Assembly: GCF_000018305.1 (NCBI RefSeq) | Contig: NC_009954.1 | Location: 330,001 to 362,000 of the forward strand | From: Caldivirga maquilingensis IC-167 | Lineage (GTDB): Archaea > Thermoproteota > Thermoprotei > Thermoproteales > Thermocladiaceae | Length of the DNA stretch: 32,000 nucleotides | Direction of reading: 5' to 3' | Part shown: positions 24,021 through 32,000 of the stretch, piece after piece | How positions within the stretch are numbered: position 1 is the stretch's first letter | Layout: the number at the start of each line of letters is the position of its first letter | Made by a program: the position numbers and the translations under genes | The notes under the pieces: model-generated | Database searches by the model: none | What the model saw: only the letters and a program-made list of their open reading frames with translations | Told to the model about the DNA's origin: nothing

Positions 24021-25064
24021 TCAACTCACCCCACTAACACCCATTACGCTTACCCAAGTCACGCTTGGTGCCTGAACCTGCTTAAGATCATAGTTAAACG
24101 GCGGCCTAATGGGGTACCTGAAGGCTATAAGCCTCTTAACCACACCTGGTGTTGAACCTTCAATAAGCATGTAACCACTCCTTACTATGCCGTAGTGCTT
24201 AAACCCACCCTTAGGTGTTATTTCAGAACCATTATCACTTATTTTAAGTATCCTCTTATTATACTCAGTGCGCCTATGGAACCCCATCTGCCCCATCCTT
24301 GGTTGAGTATACATTACAGCGGGCTTAGGTCCAACGGTCCCAGTCCTCCTAGAACCCTTCCTATGCTTATGCCACCTAGGCAACTCCTTAACACCAAACC
24401 TCTTAATCACGCCCTGAGTCCCCTTACCCTTAGTGACCCCGATAACATCCACCAGTTGACCGGGTTTGAAGACGTCAGTGGGCTTAACCTCCTTACCCAA
24501 TAAACCTGAGGCATACTTAAACTGCTCATCAATAGTTGGTACACCACCCACTGGTATTTCAAGAACCTCAGGGGTCTTCTTACCCACACCAGCCTTGTAG
24601 GGCTGGGTCATTGCAATAACCTTAATGTAACTCACTGAGTCGAGTAAACCCTGTAGGTCTGCAAGAGCCTTATCAGTATCAAACTTCTCAGGTAGTGTAG
24701 GTATCCTCCTCGCAATATACTTCCTCACCTCATTGGGGATGTTAACCCAAGCCTCACCAACACTTACTAATTCAGCCTTAAGGGGATTAATTGCGTAAGC
24801 CCTTAAACCAACCACGTAAAGTGGTGGAGTCTCCACCACTGTAACGGCCTTAACGAGTTCCTTACCGAAGAATGGACTCGTCTTCCTATCATCCACCACG
24901 GTAACGTGAACCATGCCTGCCTTATATCCTACGAATCCAAGGAGCGTTGGTTTACCTAAGTCAATTACAGGCCAATTACGTATTCTAGGCACTATGTCAC
25001 TGGCCCTCTTCCTAGGGTAGTAGGCCATGGATCCTCTCCTAGGCCTATGAATCTTCAACCCCAC
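24021..25064 (-). CDS. rpl3: Ribosomal protein uL3
   Basis: HRPRRGSMAYYPRKRA..., GYKAGMVHV, VIGVTKGKGTQGVIKRFGVK and GQMGFHRRTEYNKRI are uL3 signatures. GTG start with AAGGTG 7 nt upstream. Confidence 0.93.
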   Translation of the reverse strand: MGLKIHRPRRGSMAYYPRKRASDIVPRIRNWPVIDLGKPTLLGFVGYKAGMVHVTVVDDRKTSPFFGKELVKAVTVVETPPLYVVGLRAYAINPLKAELVSVGEAWVNIPNEVRKYIARRIPTLPEKFDTDKALADLQGLLDSVSYIKVIAMTQPYKAGVGKKTPEVLEIPVGGVPTIDEQFKYASGLLGKEVKPTDVFKPGQLVDVIGVTKGKGTQGVIKRFGVKELPRWHKHRKGSRRTGTVGPKPAVMYTQPRMGQMGFHRRTEYNKRILKISDNGSEITPKGGFKHYGIVRSGYMLIEGSTPGVVKRLIAFRYPIRPPFNYDLKQVQAPSVTWVSVMGVSGVS

Positions 25065-25100
25065 TATAAGACACCTTAGCAGTGGGTTAATGAATGAGGC

Positions 25101-25117
25101 CTTTTTAAGCTTTATAG
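25101..25117 (-). promoter_or_regulatory. TATA-like elements (ctataaagcttaaaaag on minus strand) upstream of the uL3-uL4-uL23 operon
   Basis: Located 40-50 nt upstream of the GTG at 25064. A Shine-Dalgarno-like AAGGTG lies in between, at 25072-25077 on the plus strand. Confidence 0.35.
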
Positions 25118-25221
25118 ATGATGACCAGTGTAAGTTAAGTTCCCCTCCTAAGGCTCAGGGTTTAAACTTTAAGTCACCTATAATGATAAGAAATATTAAG
25201 CAATAGGACACAGCCCCCTTA

Positions 25222-27492
25222 GTGAATATTGAGGAGCTACCGCTACCAAGCTTGCTTAGGGATTTTCTAATAAGTAAGAGGGGCATTAGGACACTGTACC
25301 CGCCCCAGGAGGAGGCTATTAGGGCTGGTTTACTGAATGGTGAAAACATACTCATGGTTTCAGCCACAGCCTCAGGTAAGACGCTTCTAGCTGAAGTAGC
25401 TGCTGTAAATAATGTACTGGTTAATGATAAGAAGTCACTGGTGGCTGTTCCCCTGAAGGCATTAGCCTTCGAGAAGCTTAATGACTTCAACACGTACAGT
25501 GAATTAGGCATTAGGGTGGCTGCCTCAACAGGTGACTATAATAGTGAGGATAAGTGGTTAGGCTCTTATGATGTAATAATAACTACGTACGAGAAGCTTG
25601 ATAGCCTACTCAGGCTTAAACCGAGTTGGATATGGAATGTTGGGCAATTAATAATTGATGAAATACACTTCATTAATGATGATGAAAGGGGACCAATAAT
25701 AGAATCCATTGTGGCTAAGTTAAGGATGCTTAACCTTAACCCGCAGATCATTGGATTAAGCGCAACAATAGGCAACCCGGAGGAGTTGGCTAATTGGCTT
25801 AACGCTAAGCTGGTTAAATCAGATTGGAGACCAGTTAGCCTAAGGGAGGGGGTTTACCATAAGGGTGTAGTAACGTACGTTAATGACGGTGAAAAGAGGA
25901 TCAGCGGGCAGGGTGATTCACTAATCAACCTAACAGTGGACACGTTGAATGATGGTGGGCAGGTACTGGTGTTCTCATCATCAAGACAAGGCGCAGTGAG
26001 GATTGCTAGGAAACTGGCTGAGTATATATGTTCATCCCCAGTCAGGTACATTGATCCTGGTGAGGCAGGTAAATTAGCTGAGGAGGTTAGGGAGACTTCA
26101 TCATCAAGGATACTGGCTGAGGAATTAACAGGCTTAATAAAATGCGGCGTATCCTTCCACCACGCGGGCCTTGAGTTAGAGGTTAGGAGGGTTATTGAGG
26201 AGGGGTTTAGGAGGGGTGTATTAAGGGTATTAGCCTCCACAACGACCCTAGCGGCTGGGGTTAATTTACCTGCACGTAGGGTTATTGTGAATGAGTATAG
26301 GCGTTATGAACCAGGCTACGGCTTCATTGAAATACCTGTAATGGAGTATAAGCAGATGGCTGGTAGGGCAGGTAGACCAGGCCTTGACCCCTATGGTGAA
26401 GCAATAATAATTGTTTCCAGTAAGGATGAGGTGGATTACGTCATTGATAAGTACATTAAGTCCCCGCCGGAGTACGTTAAGTCAAACTTCATGAACCCTA
26501 CATCACTTAAATTCCACACACTATCAGCGGTGGCAAGCCAGTACGCTGAAACCATTGATGAATTAGTTAAATTCACTTCAAACACCTTCGCTGGGTTTCA
26601 GGGTAAATTATCAGCAATGATTCAAGCTAATTCAGTGAGGAGGATGATCAGTAGGATCATTGATGAACTGGTTGATTACGGCTTCATAATAAGGAATGGG
26701 GATAAACTAGAGGCCACTGAGGTTGGTGCAGTTGTTAACAGGATGTACCTTGACCCAGATACTGCACACGTATTCATAATGGGTTTGAGAAACCTCAACA
26801 GTGACGCTGACTTAAACGCCTACTCACTGATGCTTGTGGTTAAGTCACCTAAGATACCTAAGGTTAAGGTGAGGAGGAATGAGCTTGATGAATTAGCTCA
26901 ACAAGCAGCCTCAATGTGGTCCTCAATACCCCTTAAACCCAGTGATGTGGATGAGTTAGTTAATTACCCTGAGGATTACGAGGACTTCCTATCAGAGTTT
27001 AAAACAGCCATGGCGCTCCTTGAGTGGATTAATGAGAGTAATGAGGATCAAATTATGAAGACTTACGACGTCCAACCTGGGGATTTAAGGGTGCTTTCAG
27101 ACCAAGCCGAGTGGTTAATAGGTGCACTTCAGGAATTAGCCAGGACACTGGGGTTAAGTGGGAATGTTGTGAATGGGTTGAGGGCGCTTAGGTATAGGGT
27201 GAAGTACGGTGTTAATGATGAACTCCTGGAACTGGTCGTTAACCTTGAGGGAGTGGGTAGGGTTAGGGCAAGGGCCCTCTATGCCGCAGGCTATAGGTCA
27301 ATTGAGGACTTAGCTAAGGCAAATGTAAGTGACTTAACCAGGATACGTGGAATAGGGGATAAGATTGCTGGTTCAATAATTGAACAGGCTCATCAATTAG
27401 TTAAGGATGGCAGGGTAATTAAGTTTAATGAATCCACGGTTAAGGGAAAGACTAGGCGTGGTGGAGGTGGCTTACTTGACCACATGTATTGA
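25222..27492 (+). CDS. hel308: Ski2-like DNA helicase Hel308/Hjm
   Basis: YPPQEEAI (Q motif), SATASGKT (motif I), DEIH (motif II), SAT (III), and HHAGL...VLASTTTLAAGVNLPARRVI...QMAGRAGRPG (V/VI). The C-terminal helix-hairpin-helix domain reads LEGVGRVRARALYAAGY...IRGIGDKIA. GTG start. Confidence 0.9.
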   Translation: MNIEELPLPSLLRDFLISKRGIRTLYPPQEEAIRAGLLNGENILMVSATASGKTLLAEVAAVNNVLVNDKKSLVAVPLKALAFEKLNDFNTYSELGIRVAASTGDYNSEDKWLGSYDVIITTYEKLDSLLRLKPSWIWNVGQLIIDEIHFINDDERGPIIESIVAKLRMLNLNPQIIGLSATIGNPEELANWLNAKLVKSDWRPVSLREGVYHKGVVTYVNDGEKRISGQGDSLINLTVDTLNDGGQVLVFSSSRQGAVRIARKLAEYICSSPVRYIDPGEAGKLAEEVRETSSSRILAEELTGLIKCGVSFHHAGLELEVRRVIEEGFRRGVLRVLASTTTLAAGVNLPARRVIVNEYRRYEPGYGFIEIPVMEYKQMAGRAGRPGLDPYGEAIIIVSSKDEVDYVIDKYIKSPPEYVKSNFMNPTSLKFHTLSAVASQYAETIDELVKFTSNTFAGFQGKLSAMIQANSVRRMISRIIDELVDYGFIIRNGDKLEATEVGAVVNRMYLDPDTAHVFIMGLRNLNSDADLNAYSLMLVVKSPKIPKVKVRRNELDELAQQAASMWSSIPLKPSDVDELVNYPEDYEDFLSEFKTAMALLEWINESNEDQIMKTYDVQPGDLRVLSDQAEWLIGALQELARTLGLSGNVVNGLRALRYRVKYGVNDELLELVVNLEGVGRVRARALYAAGYRSIEDLAKANVSDLTRIRGIGDKIAGSIIEQAHQLVKDGRVIKFNESTVKGKTRRGGGGLLDHMY

Positions 27493-27621
27493 AGCCATGC
27501 CTTGAATACTTAATCCCATTAAGCCTTAACCTTACTTATCCTTGATATGGTTGATAATACAATTATATTACTGGTTAATCATTGGATTACACTTTAAACC
27601 CGGGGATACGTAGTAGCCTTG

Positions 27622-28296
27622 ATGGATTTATTCAAGCCATTAACATTAACTGACGGTGCATTACTGGTTAAGCTAGCCAGATATGCGATAGAGAGTAGGT
27701 TAAGGAATATTGAGAAGATTCCCATTACTGCCGATCACCTTAAGTCAATGAGCCTAGGCGTATGGGTGTCTGTGGAGAAGATTAAGGTGAGTAATGGATT
27801 CAGGTACAGGGAGCTTAGGGGTGATGTTGGTTCACCATACCCCATTAGGAACCTTTACGATGATGTCATAATGATAGCCAGGTATGCAGCCTTCAATTCA
27901 CCTAAATATAGTCCATTATCTTTAAGTGAGGTTAAGAGAATAGTCATTGAGGTTATTGTTAATAATCAACCCAGGCAAGTGAGCATGGATAATTTAGCTA
28001 AGGTATTCATACCAGGTTACCATGGCTTACTAGTTAAAAGACCTGACGGTAGTATTGAGGCTTACTTGGCGCATAAGATTATTGAAGCCGCGGCTAAGTT
28101 CCATGAGGAGAAGGGTAAACCCCCATCAATGGATGAATTAATTTCACTAATATGCAGTAAGGGGTGTAGTGAAGTCAGGATCTTTGAGACGCAGATATTC
28201 TATGAACTTGAACCTGAGGGGGAGGTTATAGAGAGGTTACTCTACATGAATAAGTACCTTAGGGAAATTAACGCCGCCTCCCCCTTAGAGGGTTAA
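27622..28296 (+). CDS. Divergent AMMECR1-like protein
   Basis: It is collinear with the AMMECR1 pattern, but the hallmark motifs are altered. GVWVSV stands for GAFVTL, LRGDVG for LRGCIG, AAFNSPKYSPLSLSEV for AA..DPRFPPL...EL, PGYHGLLV for G.HG..., and IFETQIFYE for F.aE.F.E. I place the start at ATG 27622, one codon after the TTG in the track. Confidence 0.55.
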   Translation: MDLFKPLTLTDGALLVKLARYAIESRLRNIEKIPITADHLKSMSLGVWVSVEKIKVSNGFRYRELRGDVGSPYPIRNLYDDVIMIARYAAFNSPKYSPLSLSEVKRIVIEVIVNNQPRQVSMDNLAKVFIPGYHGLLVKRPDGSIEAYLAHKIIEAAAKFHEEKGKPPSMDELISLICSKGCSEVRIFETQIFYELEPEGEVIERLLYMNKYLREINAASPLEG

Positions 28297-28394
28297 TTCA
28301 ACGCTTCACTACTTATGAAGAAGGCTTATTAAGGGTTTAGTGGACTCTACATGCTTAAACGTGTTGACGTAAGGTTAAACCCCTTGGCGAAAGA

Positions 28395-28404
28395 TTTATA
28401 AAAG
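28395..28404 (+). promoter_or_regulatory. TATA box (TTTATAAAAG) for the eL30-NusA-uS12 operon
   Basis: Centred about 27 nt upstream of the ATG at 28426. Confidence 0.45.
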
Positions 28405-28425
28405 ACTAAGGGATGATGGAGGTAG

Positions 28426-28737
28426 ATGATAGATATATCAAGGGAACTGCAAGTTGTAGCTAATACAGGTAGGTTGACGATGGGTGTTAGGCAATCAATA
28501 AAGGCTATACTTAATGGTGACGCTAAGTTAGTTATAATGGCCGCTAACGTACCGCCAAGCATCAGGCAGGATGTTGAAAGATACGCTAAGTTATCTCAAG
28601 TACCAGTATTCACCTACGCTGGGACAAGCTGGGAACTGGGAGGCGCATTAAGGAGGAGTCATAAAATAGCAGTTGTGGCTATTATTGATCCAGGTGAGAG
28701 TAGTATAATGTCCCTTGCCGGTGGTGCCAATGTCTAA
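28426..28737 (+). CDS. rpl30e: Ribosomal protein eL30 (L30e)
   Basis: [30 protein letters not shown]...[34 protein letters not shown] is an L7Ae/L30e-fold pattern. The position upstream of NusA-S12 is the conserved archaeal arrangement. Confidence 0.88.
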
Positions 28738-29176
28738 GAGTAGGGGTCGAATCATACTAACTGATGATGAGTTAAGGTACGCGGCGCTCTTCGAAAGCGT
28801 CACTGGGATAACGCCTAGGGATGCAATATATGATCCTGAATTCAATAGGATAATATTCATTGTTGATAAGAATTTCGCACCATTAGCCGTTGGTAAGGGA
28901 GGTATAAATGTTAAGAAGCTTAAGAATCTACTCGGTAAGGATGTTGAAATAGTTGAGTACGGTGATGACCCCGAGGAATTACTAAGGAATGCACTCTACC
29001 CAGCTAAGGTGGTGAACATAACCATTAATAAGCTTCCCAATAATGGTAAAGTAGCCATAATTAGAGTTGAGGAGGGGGAGAAGGGTATAGCATTAGGTAA
29101 GTACCATAGGAACCTTAAAAGAGCAGCCCTACTGGCTAAGAGATACTTCGACATTGATAACGTTAAGATACCATAA
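28715..29176 (+). CDS. nusA: Archaeal NusA-like transcription termination/antitermination factor (two KH domains)
   Basis: [21 protein letters not shown]...[25 protein letters not shown]...[22 protein letters not shown] contains two GxxG KH motifs. It overlaps the eL30 3' end. The start may instead be the ATG at 28730. Confidence 0.85.
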
Positions 29177-29207
29177 CGCTTATTAAGGCTAACCCAGGGG
29201 GCACATT

Positions 29208-31193
29208 GTGAGTGGTAAAAAGAGCCCATTAGGACTATATGCCGCTAGGAAGCTTAGAAGAAAGAGACAGAAATTCAGGTGGAGTGATATTCAGTATAAG
29301 AAGAGAGCGTTAGGCTTTATTAAGAAGTATGACCCACTGGAAGGAGCCCCAATGGCAAGAGGAATAGTACTGGAGAAGGTAGGCGTAGAGGCAAGAAAAC
29401 CCAACGCAGCAGTGAGGAAGTGCGTAACCCCAGATACATTAATTAATTTAACACCCAGGGTAGCAACTAGGATAATTAACCTCGCGGGTAATTGGCATGA
29501 AGTTTCAATAATCCACTTCAATAAGGGTTCTAAGGTAATTGAACCAACTAGGCTCATTGACTTCTTCCACATAGAGCCCGAGGAGTTTAGAGAGGATGGT
29601 GTGTATGAGTTGAGGACACTCTACGGTAGGAGAATAATAGCGAGTGGTGATCACCCAATATACACTGGGAGAGGCATATTACCCCTTAAGGAGGTTAAGC
29701 CAGGTGATTACGTAGCCGTATACCCAAGGGAGCCCATTGAGGCTTACACGCTTAATGATGATAGAGTAATACTAACTGAGGATGACATAAGAAGGGAGGC
29801 TCCACCAAACGCCAAGGTTGATCAAATTATTAATAGGCTTAAGGAGTTAGGACTGATACCACTTAAGTATAGTAATAGTAATATTTATAGGATTGCACGA
29901 TTAGTCGGCCATCTATTTGGGGATGGGTCACTAAGCTACGTTAAGAGTGGCAATGGTTATGAGGGTAAAGTGGCATTCAGTGGAAATCCCAGTGACCTTG
30001 AGGACATTATAAATGATTTAATTGAATTAGGATTTAAACCATCAAAGATTAGGGAGTACCACGGCGAAAGCATTGTTACCTGGAGTAATGGATTAATGAA
30101 TGTAATTAGCGGTAAGTCAAATGTTGCCTTCGTCACCTCAATAACGTTATTCACGCTACTTAAGGCATTGGGGATTCCCGTTGGTGATAAGGCACTGCAG
30201 GCATATAGAGTGCCTGAGTGGGTAATGGAGGCTCCATTGGACGTTAAGGCGGAGTTTTTAGCCGCGTACTTCGGTAGTGAGTTAGAGAGACCGCGGGTTG
30301 AGAATAACGGTAGAACATTCCAACCACCAACACTGGTAATACACAAGGCTGAGAACCTGGCTGGGAATGGTATTGAATTCCTAAACGATATTAGGAAACT
30401 ACTTAGTGAATTCGGTATAGAGACAACACCCGTGAGCGTTAGCAGTGGCGTCATTAGGAAGAATGGCATTAGGACCGTTAGGTTGAGGTTTTCAATAATT
30501 AGTAACACTAATAACTTACTAAGGTTCTTTGGAAGGATAGGCTATGCGTACAATAAGGAACATGACTCACTGGCGGTATTAGCGTATGAGTATCTACGTA
30601 GAAAGGTTTTGCTTTGGCAGCATTACGCTGATGCTTATGAATTAACGAGGAAATTAATGAGCGAAGGCTACGACGGACCCAGTATAGTTAAGGCCCTTAG
30701 GAGCGCCGGGTATAGGGTTAGTAGGGCCACGGTGTATAAGTGGTTAAAGGGTGTTAAGAATACTAAGTACATAGGTAGAACAGCCAGAATACCATCATTC
30801 AGTGATTGGATTATTAAGGCCACACTAGGGCTGGGGAACTCGGGGCTGGTTTGGGATGTGGTCACTGAAGTTAAGCCCATTGAGTGGAATGATAGGCTTT
30901 GGGATGTGACCACTGAAAGCTCATACCATAACTTCATTGCAAACGGCCTGGTAACCGGCAACTGTGTCAGGGTCCAGCTTACGAAGAATGGGAAGGTGGT
31001 TACGGCATTCGTGCCGTGGGATGGTGGTTTAAACCTCATTAATGAGCATGATGAGGTGATCATAGAGAGGATCGGTGGCCCAGAGGGTAGGGCTTACGGT
31101 GACCTACCTGGCGTGAGGTTTAAGGTAACTAAAGTTAATGGAGTCAGTCTTAAAGCCATACTACTGGGTAAGAAACAGAAACCAGTTAGATAA
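29208..31193 (+). CDS. rps12: Ribosomal protein uS12 precursor containing a 514-aa intein (exteins of 71 aa and 76 aa give a 147-aa S12)
   Basis: The N-extein ends ...[17 protein letters not shown]. The C-extein is [63 protein letters not shown].... Joined, they give the canonical archaeal S12 sequence. GTG start. Confidence 0.9.
   Translation: MSGKKSPLGLYAARKLRRKRQKFRWSDIQYKKRALGFIKKYDPLEGAPMARGIVLEKVGVEARKPNAAVRKCVTPDTLINLTPRVATRIINLAGNWHEVSIIHFNKGSKVIEPTRLIDFFHIEPEEFREDGVYELRTLYGRRIIASGDHPIYTGRGILPLKEVKPGDYVAVYPREPIEAYTLNDDRVILTEDDIRREAPPNAKVDQIINRLKELGLIPLKYSNSNIYRIARLVGHLFGDGSLSYVKSGNGYEGKVAFSGNPSDLEDIINDLIELGFKPSKIREYHGESIVTWSNGLMNVISGKSNVAFVTSITLFTLLKALGIPVGDKALQAYRVPEWVMEAPLDVKAEFLAAYFGSELERPRVENNGRTFQPPTLVIHKAENLAGNGIEFLNDIRKLLSEFGIETTPVSVSSGVIRKNGIRTVRLRFSIISNTNNLLRFFGRIGYAYNKEHDSLAVLAYEYLRRKVLLWQHYADAYELTRKLMSEGYDGPSIVKALRSAGYRVSRATVYKWLKGVKNTKYIGRTARIPSFSDWIIKATLGLGNSGLVWDVVTEVKPIEWNDRLWDVTTESSYHNFIANGLVTGNCVRVQLTKNGKVVTAFVPWDGGLNLINEHDEVIIERIGGPEGRAYGDLPGVRFKVTKVNGVSLKAILLGKKQKPVR
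29421..30962 (+). mobile_element. Intein with LAGLIDADG homing-endonuclease domain inserted in uS12
   Basis: Starts with CVTPDTLI (block A) and has SGDHPIY (block B, nt 29643-29663). The two LAGLIDADG motifs are [11 protein letters not shown] (29901-29933) and [11 protein letters not shown] (30255-30287). An HTH-like [11 protein letters not shown] is present. The intein ends [22 protein letters not shown] (blocks F/G), followed by Cys+1 at 30963. Confidence 0.87.
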
Positions 31194-31809
31194 TTAGCCA
31201 TTAACTTAAGTTACATTATTAATTCACTTAATTTAATAATAATAAGTATAAATGCGGTTTGCAAATGCCTAATTTCCCAGCAGTTAATGGTAGTATCACC
31301 TACCCTACTAGTCATTCGTGATCCTATGTTGAACACTATGTATGAATCCTATGAATTGATGGATAACAAATTCATGAAACCCAATGATAACTTCGTTCAT
31401 GTGCCACAACAAACTCCTAGGATCAATGCAAGGATTAGGCGATCGTTGAGCGGGAACTACGTGGGTTTAGAAGAGGTAGCTTGATCCGCCTAGTTACTCC
31501 ATGGATAAGTTATTCATGGATTACTTGGCCGGCGCATCATAAGCCTCTACACTATTGCCGTTAAAGGTGAGGTGCCACAACATAAGGGCACTGTATGAGC
31601 CAGGGATAAAGAGTATGATCAGCCTCAACATTAGGAGGTAGATTTAAGAAAAATAGGTAAATTACGCCTTAACTTACCCTAGCACACTTAACCTAATATT
31701 ACCCAACGTAAAAATTCAACCTCACTGATACAGTACCATAAAGCCTAGCGAATCCAGTGGGTAAGATGTATGGTAGGAGATTAAGTGAGTTAATAAGGCT
31801 CAGAGTACT

Positions 31810-31829
31810 AGTTGATTAATAAATCAACT
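31810..31829. repeat. Inverted repeat AGTTGAT-N6-ATCAACT (perfect 8+4+8 palindrome agttgatt aata aatcaact)
   Basis: Read directly from the sequence. The arms are the same as in the repeat at 1939-1957. Confidence 0.6.
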
Positions 31830-31915
31830 CAGTAAAAGGCTAGGTGGTGTAAAGGTTTCCGGAATAATTATCTAGCAAATAATTATAAATGAGTGCAATA
31901 TGTGTATCTAGGGTT

Positions 31916-32000
31916 ATGAATCCAATAGATGATTATATAAAGAACGAGGTCAAGGAGTTAATGGGGGAATCCGCATTCACATACCTGGCTAAGGCACGTG
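31916..32000 (+). CDS. 5' end of an unidentified protein-coding gene, truncated by the window edge
   Basis: The frame is open to the window end (MNPIDDYIKNEVKELMGESAFTYLAKAR...). An in-frame upstream ATG is at 31889. A TATA-like aaataattataaa is centred about 30 nt upstream of 31916. Confidence 0.3.
   Translation, partial: MNPIDDYIKNEVKELMGESAFTYLAKAR

Noticed and set aside
21941-24589. Assorted antisense ORFs within the ROK, uL4 and uL3 genes (21941-22270, 22466-22648, 22700-22903, 23325-23693, 23904-24155, 24195-24503, 24407-24589).
   Set aside because: They overlap highly conserved genes on the other strand or in another frame, and nothing in the sequence supports them.
25118-25124. A perfect C-box-like AUGAUGA lies in the uL3/Hel308 divergent intergenic region.
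   Set aside because: There is no CUGA D or D' box at the required spacing (only CUCA at about 25154). The adjacent TATA-like element is too close to drive a transcript starting at the box.
25155-26240. Minus-strand ORFs (25155-25511, 25566-25775, 25854-26240) overlapping the Hel308 5' half.
   Set aside because: Hel308 helicase motifs I-VI are encoded on the plus strand across this region. The antisense ORFs are Ser/Leu/Pro-rich and lack promoters.
28347-31063. Minus-strand ORFs antisense to eL30, NusA and the S12-intein gene (28347-28562, 28648-28860, 28996-29229, 29291-29572, 29957-30508, 30668-31063). I considered whether the 183-aa and 131-aa ones could be a separate endonuclease gene.
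   Set aside because: The LAGLIDADG motifs and the intein blocks are all in the plus-strand S12 frame. The antisense translations carry no nuclease or other motifs.
31287-31484. 65-aa plus-strand ORF in the gene-free region after S12.
   Set aside because: It has no recognisable motif, no TATA element at the right distance, a composition unlike neighbouring genes, and a length near the noise threshold. It stays unresolved rather than called.
31401-31582. The 11-mer gtgccacaaca is repeated 171 bp apart, at 31401 and 31572.
   Set aside because: It is too short to interpret on its own and I see no extended similarity around it. It is mentioned only as part of the description of the gene-free region.
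1-32000. I looked for CRISPR arrays, IS elements and transposases, integrases, rRNA and tRNA genes.
   Set aside because: I found no regularly spaced direct repeats, no transposase or integrase-like ORFs, and no GC-rich cloverleaf or rRNA-like segments. The only mobile element supported is the intein.

Overview
This is a gene-dense, AT-leaning window that reads as core chromosome of a hyperthermophilic crenarchaeon of the Thermoproteales type. The pointers are a PaREP1-family gene, eL24/eL30/archaeal NusA, TATA boxes about 26 nt upstream of start codons, and TTA/AGG-rich codons. Caldivirga/Vulcanisaeta-like is my unverified guess. I support about 33 protein genes.

Gene content:
- Translation and information processing: uL3-uL4-uL23, eL24, eL30-NusA-uS12, SRP54, RtcA, Hel308, and a PIN/KH PilT-type ATPase.
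- Metabolism: citrate synthase, ROK hexokinase, thymidylate kinase, a pyruvoyl AdoMetDC-type decarboxylase, a SIS/6-phospho-3-hexuloisomerase-like protein, and an orphan nuoH-nuoI pair.
- Transporters: EamA, MFS, and an ABC ATPase.
- Surface proteins: two very large, N-glycosylation-sequon-rich, C-terminally anchored proteins.

I saw no rRNA, tRNA, CRISPR array or IS element.

Stand-out observations:
1. The ribosomal protein S12 gene is interrupted by a 514-aa LAGLIDADG intein. It sits exactly in the conserved decoding-centre loop (RK|CVRVQL) and has an unusual Gly-Asn C-terminus.
2. A MacB/LolD-like ABC ATPase has no permease. Its only operon partner is a 730-aa protein with hydrophobic segments at both ends and a helical stalk. 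The reading frames of the two genes overlap by 68 nt.
3. A KaiC/RecA-like ATPase carries Tyr/Asn/Gln-rich low-complexity tails and lies 7 nt upstream of SRP54.
4. Two candidate C/D-box sRNAs have canonical box spacing, each with a TATA-like element about 26 nt upstream.
5. A roughly 700-bp gene-free stretch follows S12 where S7 would be expected.

All functional calls rest on motif and family recognition by eye. No database search was possible.
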